This document shows, piece after piece, positions 1-10,600 of a stretch of DNA of 64,000 bases. The stretch is from Macrostomum lignano. Lineage: Eukaryota. The stretch covers positions 434,001 through 498,000 of the forward strand of contig NIVC01000254.1 in assembly GCA_002269645.1 (NCBI GenBank), written 5' to 3'. The notes beneath the pieces are model-generated. The model was not told the DNA's origin, ran no database searches, and saw nothing but the letters and a program-made list of their open reading frames with translations. The position numbers and the translations under genes were made by a program. Numbering within the stretch: the stretch's first letter is position 1; each line of letters starts with the position of its first letter.

Positions 1-378
1 TAATTCCCTATCAGTAAATATTAACTTGGAAACTAGTAAAATTTCTATGGGTCTGCTCCACAGGAGGTCCTGCCCCGCTGTTTAAGATTTTCTGGGAACA
101 ATGGAAGTCTGGGACCGTAGGAAATTAGCACCTTTAGGTCTGATTTCGTGTGTTTGTTCACACTTTGTGAAAGTCCGATTTTGGGAAACTTTTAATTGGT
201 TTCGATGAGGCAATAGGGGGGGGCCTTCAATGTAATTAAGTTTATCAGGCAAATGGGGCAGCAATTAGTTTAGAGTAGGCCAGTGGTTTAGTCAATGTAA
301 AGTCAGGTAAGTAATTAAAGTCAAGTTATGGGGACAGATAGTTCAGAATTAGTAAGTAAGCATTAAGAACCACCAGCA

Positions 379-783
379 TCAGCAGTTGGGAAGCCGCAGA
401 AATAGCTCCAAGAGCAGTAGCCAGTGCATTGTGAGACCGGCTATTAGGGCCGTCGACAGCACGACCAAATGCCAGGAGCCGTCGGTCTCCACCACAGGGG
501 TTGGCAAGGGCTGTGGAGCGGCAGCCACGGGCGTCACCGCGGCGACCGGCGGCGGAGCGTGCGCTCGGGCTGACAACGGCGGTGGTACCGGATGCCAACC
601 GGCCCCGGACGCTGGTTCGCTGGCGGCCCGGCGGTCGCATGGCCCGGGAGCCGCGGCGCCTATGCACCAGATGGCGCAGCCGGCCCAGAATCAGGGGGGC
701 GTCCGGCTCTGAATGGCTGTCTTCGGGCGCTTCGTAGTCGGACTCCTCTTCAAGGATGGGCTCGGCTACTAGCGGCCGGAATC
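379..783 (-). pseudogene. Possible Pro/Ala-rich exon with hydrophobic C-terminus, frame broken near 660
   Basis: Acceptor ATTCTCATTTTCAG| before 783. One frame reads FRPLVAEPILEEESDYEAPEDS... to a TAG near 660. A shifted frame continues into the 379..576 ORF ending ...WHLVVLSTALIAGLTMHWLLLLELFLRLPNC*. Upstream exon not resolved. Confidence 0.25.
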
Positions 784-1502
784 CTGAAAATGAGAATTTA
801 AGGGATGAAATAGAAGTAGGGAACTAGCCGGGTATTAGGATGTAGATAGATGGGGATTTTAACTTTATGGCGTGTGGTAGTGGCCTTCCTGGGGGTTTCT
901 TCCTTTCTTCATTCCCTCTCCTTCCTTGAGCTCTAGGTGATCAAGTAGTGGTAGCCTTCTTCCCCGCCTTCTTTTAATGATACACCTCTAAGTGATGGCA
1001 GTTTTTCGTCTTCCTCTCCTCTGGTAGAAGGGCAATTGGTGGCAGTTTTCCCTAGCAACCTCTCTCAAAATGGTGGCTGATCCTCCTTTTCTTTTCTTTG
1101 GTAATGCGCCAAGATGGTGGTAGGTTCCCCTTTCTCTTTTATAATAGTACATCAAACTGGTGGCAGTCAAATTAATGATTAATTCCTCTTTCGAATTCTT
1201 TCGGCTGTTAAGTTTATGAGGGTCTCGGAGGCATGGATGAGAACTGCGTGCGCGTGGCGTTGAAGGAAGAAATCGAAGGGAGTTGGGCCGCATCATCATT
1301 TATCCTCCGGAGTCTAATCTCCCAAATCCCTCTTCTATTCATATTAACCAAATTAATTTGTGTGCCTGATCTGAATGTGTGCATGTGAGGTGGGAGTGCG
1401 ATCTCTGTCGGCTGGAGTACGGATCTGCCGCGGGCGCGACCGGAGGTGGTCTCGGGTCTGCCCCCTGCTCACAGGTGAGGAAACAGGAAGCGGCGGAACC
1501 AG

Positions 1503-1620
1503 CCAATCAGAGCGCACGGAGACTAGAGCGAGCGGTCCCAAGCCAACGGCGACCCCGGCCGCAGCAGGTGTGCCTCCCAATGTGCTCAACCAATGGGAAG
1601 CCAGCCCCGGCACTATAAGA
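1503..1620 (+). promoter_or_regulatory. CCAAT + TATA promoter of the 449-aa ORF
   Basis: AGCCAATCAG (1501-1510), further CCAAT at ~1577 and ~1590, TATAAGA at 1614-1620, about 95 bp before the ATG at 1713. Confidence 0.5.
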
Positions 1621-1712
1621 AGACCCACGCCTGCCAGAGCTGGAAATCATCAATCAGAGAAATCATTCTGTCCTTCAATCGCTGAAGCATTCTATGAACT
1701 ATCCAGCTTGAC

Positions 1713-3062
1713 ATGGACACGAAGCCTACCATCAATCGAATTCAGCTATGCTCCAGCTTACCGTCTGAGCGTCCTGCCAGCCCAGTTAGCCGAAAGCGGC
1801 CCCGTGACGCCATCCAAGAGGCGGAGGACGGCCCCGAGCCGCCAGCGGCGGCCTCCGCCAGGGTCGAAGAAGGTGACGAGACAATCGACCCGGCCAATGC
1901 TGGGGGCGACACCGCGGACATTTCGGACATGGCGGCCGAATTCGGCGAGGCGGCCCGCCGCCTGCGTGATGTTCTGCCCAACAGCCGCCGAAGTGTGGAC
2001 ATCGCCCTGCAAAGAGAAGAAGTCGATTGGGGTCAGGTGGCTGGCGAACCTTCGGCGACAGCTATGGATCTGGTGCACTGGGTCGGGCCTGAGTCCTATC
2101 ATGGCCCACTCCAGGCCGAGGACAGGCATGCGACTCTAGAGCGCCAACTTCGCGACAACCTGGACCGGCCCTGTCTGCTCATCCTGTCAAAAGCGGCCCT
2201 GCTGGGATTGGTTGACAATACGCTGTTAATGTACATCGAGGCAGCGGCCCAGAGCGCCTACAAATACGCCCTCGGCGACCTAGTCCGGCAGGCCGCCAAG
2301 TTCCTCCGCAAGGTTGTGGATGAGGAACCATCACACCTGACAGCCCGGCCGCCGTCCTGTGCCCCCATCACAGCAATCTTCAGCACCTGCGATCGGCCGG
2401 TCTACAAGAAGGTGATCATCAGCTGCGCAGCCTCCTCTCAGATGACTAGACAACTGACACCAACCCAGAGAGCCCGGCTATTGATTGGCCTGGCCAGCTT
2501 GGCCAGCCGCTGGGGCATGCTTCCTGCGGACCTGCCAGGGCTGCTCTGGGGCTTCCTGAGCGAGGGCGCCGAATGGGAAGAGGCTCTCGTCATCCACGAC
2601 GGCATTCTTGCGGCCTCCGCGCCGGCCTCTGCGCCCCTCCTCTATGCGCCGTTTGCCACAGTGGCCTGGGCCGCCACTCTCTCGCAACGGTTCAATCGCC
2701 GCTGTGGGTGGGTGTTGGCGGCCCTGGGCGACGTTGAGCCCGGCTACGCGGGCCTGGCCGAGGTGCCCCGTGGCACTTTGCAGCATTTTGCAATCGCGCA
2801 GCCGCCCCTGTCTGCACCAACTCTGACACGGCTGCAACAAGTACGGAATGCGGCCTTCGTCGTCCAATGCCAAGCCCTGGGCATCCCGACTCTGCCGCAG
2901 TTGAGGGGCGTGCTGCGCAACGACATCTTGCCTAGCCGATGGCACCGAGTGGTGCTCACGGCCGCGGCAGCCCAACGTTATGTGGAAGCATGGGCAAGTG
3001 CCATGGCTCAGGTGGCGGCATATGGCCCGTACCAGCTAAATCAAGAGGCCCATTTCGAGTAA
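1713..3062 (+). CDS. Intronless 449-aa hypothetical protein with N-terminal NLS-like SRKRPR
   Basis: Long non-repetitive ORF with its own CCAAT/TATA promoter. Acidic/disordered N-terminus, then Ala/Leu-rich helical-looking body. No family recognised. Confidence 0.7.
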   Translation: MDTKPTINRIQLCSSLPSERPASPVSRKRPRDAIQEAEDGPEPPAAASARVEEGDETIDPANAGGDTADISDMAAEFGEAARRLRDVLPNSRRSVDIALQREEVDWGQVAGEPSATAMDLVHWVGPESYHGPLQAEDRHATLERQLRDNLDRPCLLILSKAALLGLVDNTLLMYIEAAAQSAYKYALGDLVRQAAKFLRKVVDEEPSHLTARPPSCAPITAIFSTCDRPVYKKVIISCAASSQMTRQLTPTQRARLLIGLASLASRWGMLPADLPGLLWGFLSEGAEWEEALVIHDGILAASAPASAPLLYAPFATVAWAATLSQRFNRRCGWVLAALGDVEPGYAGLAEVPRGTLQHFAIAQPPLSAPTLTRLQQVRNAAFVVQCQALGIPTLPQLRGVLRNDILPSRWHRVVLTAAAAQRYVEAWASAMAQVAAYGPYQLNQEAHFE

Positions 3063-3408
3063 GGATGCCGACTGCCTGCTGAGCGACGTCCGCCGGCCGG
3101 TCCGACCCGCCTTTCCGCCCCCTTGCGTTGTGTGTTTGTCGTGTGTGTGTGTGTGAAATTATCCTATTAATATTCGGTTCTTCCATAATATTCATTTTTA
3201 AACTTTAATAACCAATATACGAGTCATTGTTGTGTCATTATTCTAAAAATTCCTAAAAATGGCTCTGTGTTGGCTGCTCACTACTTTTACCGTAAGAAAG
3301 GCCATATATTATTACTGCAATTGGCTCAGTTTAAAACGAAAGGCATGGCGAGTGGGTAGATTTCGTTTAACGTATAGGCGAAAGGAAATCAGGTTGGTGA
3401 TGGGACTT

Positions 3409-3517
3409 ACCGAGTAGTTGTATAGTTTGGAAAATCGCGCTGAGTGCCTTGGTTGGAAACTGCGACTCCGTGTAGGTTGCAGGCAGCCGGCTCCCGTTAT
3501 CAGTGGCGCCTTTTATA
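3409..3517 (-). promoter_or_regulatory. Minus-strand TATA promoter with short non-coding first exon and splice donor
   Basis: TATAAAAGG on minus (TATAAAA 3517-3511). Donor TCG|GTAAGT at 3410-3409. No ATG between them. Confidence 0.5.
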
Positions 3518-4546
3518 CAGTGGCCAGCGCACGGCGCGGCGCCTCCCAGCCTACAACCGATCGCCCCGAAGCCCTCTGACTGGCTGAAGCGGGGTCCGAG
3601 CCTTCAAGGACGCTAGGCCTCCGTGCGGTTGAACTCCCGGCGAAATTAGCTTATTAATTTACTGCGCTGCATTAGTATTTTTCCCCTGTGTAATCGTCAT
3701 TCTCCCCGAGGCTCTGCCCTTGGCTGTGTGCTAGCAACCCTTCCCCCTTCTTTTTCCCCACTTCCCTCACCCTTCCCCGTTTCCTCTCTTTCCCAGCTGC
3801 GCTTCTATCCAATTATGATAATTTATTGTTGACAATTCGCTATTTTTCTCCCTACTATTGCGCTGTCTGTGTTTCCCCCCTCCCACTTTAGCCACAGCAA
3901 CAGTTGAAATTTTTGAAATTCTGTATTGCACTCCAACCTATGTATCTCGTGTTGTGAATTTATTGCTATCCCCTCTATTTTATCGCCTTTTTCCATTCCC
4001 GCTCGCGGTTTGTTAATTCTGTGATTTCACGTTCGGTTGAGATCCCGCTCCCGTCTGTGTGGTTCCATGTTGGGCAGTGATGATGACGGAACCAGTTCCG
4101 TCACAAAAGGCAGTGGGGGTGTGATGTAACCACGCTCTGGTCGCGGGATAGGGCATGGGAACTTTTTCGAAAGTGCCTCCTATCCCGTGCACCCTCTGCA
4201 CAGAGCTGTCGAGACTCGGCCAGGTCTCCGACCGGGCCTGGAGACTCCCGCTCTGCTGCACCCCTCCTGCTGCCTTGGTCCCGTCTCTCCTGCCGCCACA
4301 CCTGCCTTTCCGGAGCCCCTACCCCTTTCTGTACCTCCCCCTCTACCCTATCTCTTCTGTTCCCGCCCTATTCTTCCTGTACTTTCTCTACCTCCTCCTT
4401 TTTTTTGTCTCCCTCTGCACTCTTTTCCTGCGCTGTCCCCTCTTTCCCTGTGTCTACTTACAGTACTTTGTGTGCTCACCGTCTCCCCATCCCCTCTCAA
4501 ACTCCCAAACGGTGACGCAAGTCGTGTGACCCCTTCTCCCCCTCGG

Positions 4547-5061
4547 TGACTCATCGATGACTCATCCCCCTCTCTTGCGCAACCTTTTCTCACGCTATTG
4601 TTCTCCTTCCCAAATTTCTCATGTGACACCCACCCCACCTCCGCTTCTATTGTTCTCGTTTTTGCTTCTTTTGTTCTCTCGACCCCCACCAATTATCACA
4701 TTTTCTCCGATTTTCTCTTTCTTTTGTTCTCGTTTTCGCACCTAATTATCACCTTTTCTCCAATGTTTACTTTTCCATTGTTCTCAGTTTTCCCCAATTA
4801 TCCCCGATTTCCAATTCCTTTGTTCTCGACCCCAGCCCTATTGTTCTCAATGTTTGCTTGCGCAACACTTTCGCGACCACCCGCTGCGCCAATTATCCCC
4901 CCACCCCACCTCCGGATTGCGCAATTTCCCGATTTCTCATGTTGCTATGCCGGTCTCATGCTTCTCATCATGACTCATTCTGACGTCATTCTGCCGGCAG
5001 CCAATCAGAGAGAGGGAGCCATGGTAACGACCTTGAGGAGGCGGCTGTGAGGTCTATAAAA
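4547..5061 (+). promoter_or_regulatory. bZIP-site-rich enhancer/promoter
   Basis: TGACTCA at 4547, 4558, 4971; TTGCGCAA at 4575, 4858, 4917 (ATTGCGCAAT 4916-4925); TGACGTCA at 4981; AGCCAATCAG at ~4999; TATAAAAGG at 5055; downstream donor CCG|GTAAGT at 5393. Confidence 0.55.
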
Positions 5062-6837
5062 GGAAGCGATTTCGGCATGAGAATACTCAACTGAGTTTAT
5101 CTCTGTTCCTCTCCTCGTCCTTCTTTGGACTTGCTGTCAGATTGAGTTCTGACCCATTCGTCTATAAGACGAATCCCTGCCGGTCCGCGGTCTGTTACCG
5201 CCAAGTTATCCTTAGCTCCCCAAGTGAGCTCGCCTATCGGCCAGCGGTCTGATACCGCCCAGCATCATCAGCATCGCCTGATCTACATCAGCGCCTCGTC
5301 GCTCCAGCGCATCGCCGCTTCACCGTCTGCCTGACTGCAGCCTACAGTCGCCCTCGGTCACTCCGCCTCTCTCTCTCTCTGTGCAGCTGCCGGTAAGTTC
5401 CTGTTACTAATTTGTGCTCTAATTGCCTCTGCTTATCCGGGGTTTGCCTATTTTCCATTGTCTGATTAGAGAGCTGAGCCAATTGTGATACCGTATCTTT
5501 TGCTGTATTTTACTCAATAGTGAAGCCGCCTAATTGCCTGCTTATTTGCCTAAGGGCCTAATTATTAACTATTAACTAACTTCATCATTATTCAATCTTT
5601 CACCATCATTTCACTCATGGCTTGCTAAGCCTTTCTCCCGGGGTGGCAAAGCATAAGGAAGTTTGGGTAAGCTAATGGCCTCTCCCCGTGCAAAGCCCGC
5701 CTGTGAGTGCGTGCTGCGGGGCCGCGTGTGCGTGCAGTAGAGGGATTAGCGAGTCTTGGCACAGAATGGCAGTAGGAAGGTTGCAACCCCATGCTAACGC
5801 GTCCCTTCGCCCTGAGCAATCTAAACTGTAGATAGTACATGTTCGCCTCATACTACTCTTAGTAATCAAAGTCGCAAGTCAGCCTCGCTCACAGCCACAA
5901 AGGATCCCCTGCTGAGAAATCCTCCAGGATTGAGCCCAGAGTTCCCGATCATGCCCCAAGCAGAGTCCCTGTACTCGGCTGCATGCGTCTCCCCTGTTAG
6001 CCTAAATCCCCTGGTAACCAATCCAGGCGGGGCTCTAGCCTCGAGAGGTCTGGTAGAAAGATCCAGGTGCGCCAGGTCACATAGAGTGGTGGCAGCCACT
6101 CGGTCATACCATGACCGAGTGACCAACTATTGCACCTTGGCTACAGGTGGGGTCCATGTGGGTCCTTGGCCCTCTGGTCACGAAGCGCTACCAAAGCTAC
6201 TAATCATGTGGGCGGGACAGTCTGGTGCTGGAGGTCCGTCAGGTCATTGCCCGGTCCTAGGCAGCCTACGGTCATTGCCCCCTCTAGCCATGCGTTCGTC
6301 TCTCTACGGAGCGGACAGGCGACAAGGGCGGTTACATCACTACTAACAAATAAAGGGTTTTGTGGATGATAGTTACAGCAAAAATAATTTACACACGAAA
6401 CTGTTAAATTGCTTTTTTGCTTTTATTAGCTTTGATAATTGTGATTATATTGTACAACAACATTAAAAATGGTTGAAATAAACGTGATTATTATCATTAT
6501 TATACTAACATGGACATTATTATAAGATAGTTATTGTTTTTTATTGTCAGTAAAGTTAATTAGCGTGCTTGGCTTGGTGAATTAAATTATCTACTTGACT
6601 AACGAAAGTCAACTACTGACACAATATTTATAACAAATATGCAAAGCATTACAAAGTCACTGGTAGCTGTTTCAACCTCAGACTTTCAACATAATTAAGT
6701 CTCAACTCGCAGATACTAGAATAACTAGATATGTCACTTGCAATAATGCGCTTATCTACTCTTTCAGTAGTAAAAATTGCGTTTTTAACATTTTTTAACA
6801 TTTTTAACATAGTTTAGCCTGTTTAACTTTATCCTCT

Positions 6838-7230
6838 TTCCTTACTGCTCTCTCATTGGCTGAGCTAGATTGGGCCCTGCCCCCTAGGCTGAGTTTCGTC
6901 CGTCTGACTTGGACCTCTCTCCTTACTGCTCTCTCATTGGCTGAGCTAGATTGGGCCCTGCCCCTAGGCTGAGTTTCGTCCGTCTGACTTGGACCTCTCT
7001 CCTTACTGCTCTCTCATTGGCTGAGCTAGATTGGGCCCTGCCCCCTAGGCTGAGTTTCGTCCGTCTGACTTGGACCTCTCTCCTTACTGCTCTCTCATTG
7101 GCTGAGCTAGATTGGGCCCTGCCCCCTAGGCTGAGTTTCGTCCGTCTGACTTGGACCTCTCCTTACAGCCCTCTTATTGGATGAGCTACATTGGGACCTA
7201 CCCCATAAGACTGACTTTTACCCGTATTGC
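6838..7230. repeat. 80-81-bp tandem repeat, 4 copies plus a diverged fifth
   Basis: Unit CTTACTGCTCTCTCATTGGCTGAGCTAGATTGGGCCCTGCCCCCTAGGCTGAGTTTCGTCCGTCTGACTTGGACCTCTCTC. Confidence 0.9.
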
Positions 7231-7627
7231 GTTCACTATGTACATCGATTTTTGTTGTTCATACTTAGACCTCGAGGAAGGAAAGAAGTTTTAGCTTCCA
7301 TAATTAAATTTAAGTGACACGGCGCAGACAAACTACTGAAACAGAGTAAACAGAGTCTTTTTTCAGAAATTTAACTGCTAGTTGGCATATTCCTCTAGTT
7401 ATTATAGTATCTGTGGTCTTACCCATTTTTTTTTCAACTTTACAAACAACAGAGATATTACAGTTTCAGACCAGATTCTCGCACACAACTTGGCATAACT
7501 GTCAAAACACACAGAGAGAATCCCATTCCACTTTGATTTTATTTTGTCGATAAAATCTGTTGAGAAACTGCTACACCTCGGGTTCCCAGACTTCAGTGTT
7601 GAAGACAATTTTCCCAGCTGTCGTTCC

Positions 7628-10600
7628 TCAGTGCCGGTCCCGATCCCGTCTGCGCCGTTTCTCTCGCTGCTCGCGTTCCCATTTCTCACGGCTGCGACTG
7701 CGAGATCGCCTGGAGCCGACGCCAGAGCCGGCGTTGTGCTTGCGCCGGCTGCGATTGTACAGCCTGCGGCGCAGGTCGCGCGAGATCGGCTTGAGGTGCA
7801 TGAAATTGCAGAAGCCGCCGCGGGTGCACTCGCCCATCTCGTATTGGCGGCAGCAAGCCTCGCGAAAGTCGGTCACCGGAGTCAGCTCAGCGTGAACTGG
7901 GCGGCCGCCGAACCAGCGGTTGTTCAGGTCCTGCGATGGCATCGACAAGCGGATGGGGTGGTTTTAAAACTCGAAGCTTCACACAAGCTCGAAGCTTCAC
8001 ACAAGCTCGAAGGTTCACAGAAGCTTGAAGCTTCACAGAAGCTCGAAGTGTCACAGAAGCTCGAAGTGTCACAGAAGCTTGAAGCTTCACAGAAGCTCGA
8101 AGTGTCACAGAAGCTCGAAGTGTCACAGAAGCTCGAAGCTTCACAGAAGCTCGAAGCTTCACAGAAGCTCGAAGTGTCACAGAAGCTCGAAGCTTCACAG
8201 AAGCTCGAAGCTTCACAGAAGCTCGAAGCTTCACAGAAGCTCGAAGTGTCACAGAAGCTCGAAGCTTCACAGAAGCTCGAAGTGTCACAGAAGCTCGAAG
8301 CTTCACAGAAGCTCGAAGCTTCACAGAAGCTCGAAGCTTCACAGAAGCTCGAAGCTTCACAGAAGCTCGAAGTGTCACAGAAGCTCGAAGCTTCACAGAA
8401 GCTCGAAGCTTCACACAAGTTCATAAAAAATACCAGCAACTCACCTGAACGGCCTTATCGGCGTCCTCCTCAAACCGGAACTTTACATAGACATTGCCAA
8501 CCAGATGGTCGCCGAGATTGTCGCACACGTTCATCTCTTCGATTTCTCCGTATTTCTCTTCGGCTTCAACGAACACTTCTTCAAAGAAATCGTCAAAAAA
8601 CTGCTGCTGCTCGACTTCGCTGGTGGTGACTGGAAATATGCGGAACGAAAAGGTATTGGAATGCAAATATGATTTATTGCTGTTGCGGAGAGCATGACGA
8701 GTTCAATACAGACCCGGAATACTAAATATATTCACATCTCAGATCCCAAATCCCACAACCTGACAGATCTCAGATCTCAAATCCCACATTGTGACACATA
8801 CATGCGCAACAGTCGGCCGAGTCGGCCGATCCGGCCGACCGATTTGGCGGCCAACCAAGTAAGTCGCAAAATTGATTAACCGCCAAAAAAAACGAAAAAA
8901 CAAAAGACGAAAAAGAGGAAAGGAAAAGGAAAAAATGAGAAAAAGGGAGCAAAGAGAAAGAGAAAAACACAAAAAGAGTTGTAAGTGCTGTAAGTTGCAG
9001 CACTGAAGACAAGGTAAGTCGCACCGAGGGCAAGCTAAGTCGCACCGAGGGCAAGCTAAGTCGCAGCAGGACCGAGCTAAGTCGCACCGAGGGCAAGCTA
9101 AGTCGCAGCAGGACCGAGCTAAGTCGCACCGAGGGCGAACTAAGTCGCACCGAGCGAGAGCTAAGTCGCACCGAGGGCGAGCTAAGTCGCACCGAGGGCA
9201 AAATAAGTCGCACCGAGCGAGAGCTAAGTCGCACTAAGTCGCAGCAGGACCGAGCTAAGTCGCACCGAGGGCGAGCTAAGTCGCAGCAGGACCGAGCTAA
9301 GTCGCACCGAGGGCGAACTAAGTCGCACCGAGCGAGAGCTAAGTCGCACTAAGTCGCAGCAGGACCAAGCTAAGTCGCACCGAGGGCGAGCTAAGTTGCA
9401 GCAGGACCGAGCTAAGTCGCACCGAGGGCGAACTAAGTCGCACCGAGCGAGAGCTAAGTCGCACTGAGGGCGAGCTAAGTCGCAGCAGGACCGAGCTAAG
9501 TCGCACCGAGGGCGAACTAAGTCGCACCGAGCGAGAGCTAAGTCGCACCGAGGGCGAGCTAAGTCGCACCGAGGGCAAAATAAGTCGCACCGAGCGAGAG
9601 CTAAGTCGCACTAAGTCGCAGCAGGACCGAGCTAAGTCGCACCGAGGGCGAGCTAAGTCGCAGCAGGACCGAGCTAAGTCGCACCGAGGGCGAACTAAGT
9701 CGCACCGAGCGAGAGCTAAGTCGCACTAAGTCGCAGCAGGACCAAGCTAAGTCGCACCGAGGGCGAGCTAAGTTGCAGCAGGACCGAGCTAAGTCGCACC
9801 GAGGGCGAACTAAGTCGCACCGAGCGAGAGCTAAGTCGCACTGAGGGCGAGCTAAGTCGCAGCAGGACCGAGCTAAGTCGCACCGAGGGCGAACTAAGTC
9901 GCACCGAGCGAGAGCTAAGTCGCACTAAGTCGCAGCAGGACCAAGCTAAGTCGCACCGAGGGCGAGCTAAGTTGCAGCAGGACCGAGCTAAGTTGCACCG
10001 AGGGCGAACTAAGTCGCACCGAGCGAGAGCTAAGTCGCACTGAGGGCGAGCTATGTCGCAGCAGGACCGAGCTAAGTCGCACTAAGGGCGAGCTAAGTCG
10101 CACCGAGGGCAAAATAAGTCGCACCGAGCGAGAGCTAAGTCGCACTAAGTCGCAGCAGGACCGAGCTAAGTCGCACCGAGGGCGAACTAAGTCGCACCGA
10201 GCGAGAGCTAAGTCGCACTAAGTCGCAGCAGGACCGAGCTAAGTCGCACCGAGGGCGAGCTAAGTCGCACCGAGCGAGAGCTAAGTCGCACTAAGTCGCA
10301 GCAGGACCGAGCTAAGTCGCACTAAGTCGCAGCAGGACCGAGCTAAGTCGCACCGAGGGCGAGCTAAGTCGCACCGAGCGAGAGCTAAGTCGCACCGAGG
10401 GCGAGCTAAGTCGCAGCAGGACCGAGCTAAGTCGCACCGAGGGCAAAATAAGTCGCACCGAGCGAGAGCTAAGTCGCACTAAGTCGCAGCAGGACCGAGC
10501 TAAGTCGCACCGAGGGCGAGCTAAGTCGCACCGAGGGCGAGCTAAGTCGCACCGAGGGCGAGCTAAGTCGCACCGAGCGAGAGCTAAGTCGCACTGAGGG

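Larger units (their letters stand above)
1..6344. mobile_element. Probable right-terminal part of a Polinton/Maverick-like element (left part outside window)
   Basis: GC-rich, promoter-dense block ending ...GGTTACATCACTACT (6344). Its reverse complement starts AGTAGT, a known Polinton terminal motif. AT-rich host-like DNA follows immediately. No core Polinton gene lies in this part, so the class is inferred. Confidence 0.45.

Noticed and set aside
4077-4107. Hammerhead-like GTGATGA-[8-bp stem]-CAAA
   Set aside because: Differs at two essential positions (C3 and G12) and lacks stems I and III; kept only as a hairpin.
4525-6378. Solo LTR (TG...TTACA, TATA, AATAAA at ~6349)
   Set aside because: No TSD, PBS or adjacent polypurine tract was found, and no gag/pol. 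The GC-to-AT switch fits the ACTACT end at 6344 better. Not fully excluded.
6838-7163. Hammerhead ribozyme in the 80-81-bp repeat (minus strand has GTCC...GGAC-GAAAC)
   Set aside because: Stem II and GAAA are present, but the upstream core reads GGAGAGAG rather than CTGANGA, and no stem III/UH cleavage site can be formed.
7544-8629. 361-aa plus-strand ORF and overlapping 18-bp-repeat ORFs
   Set aside because: Antisense to U2AF1 exons plus a stop-free minisatellite; artefact.
8770-10145. Ser/Leu/Arg-rich ORFs
   Set aside because: Translations of the TAAGTCGCA minisatellite.
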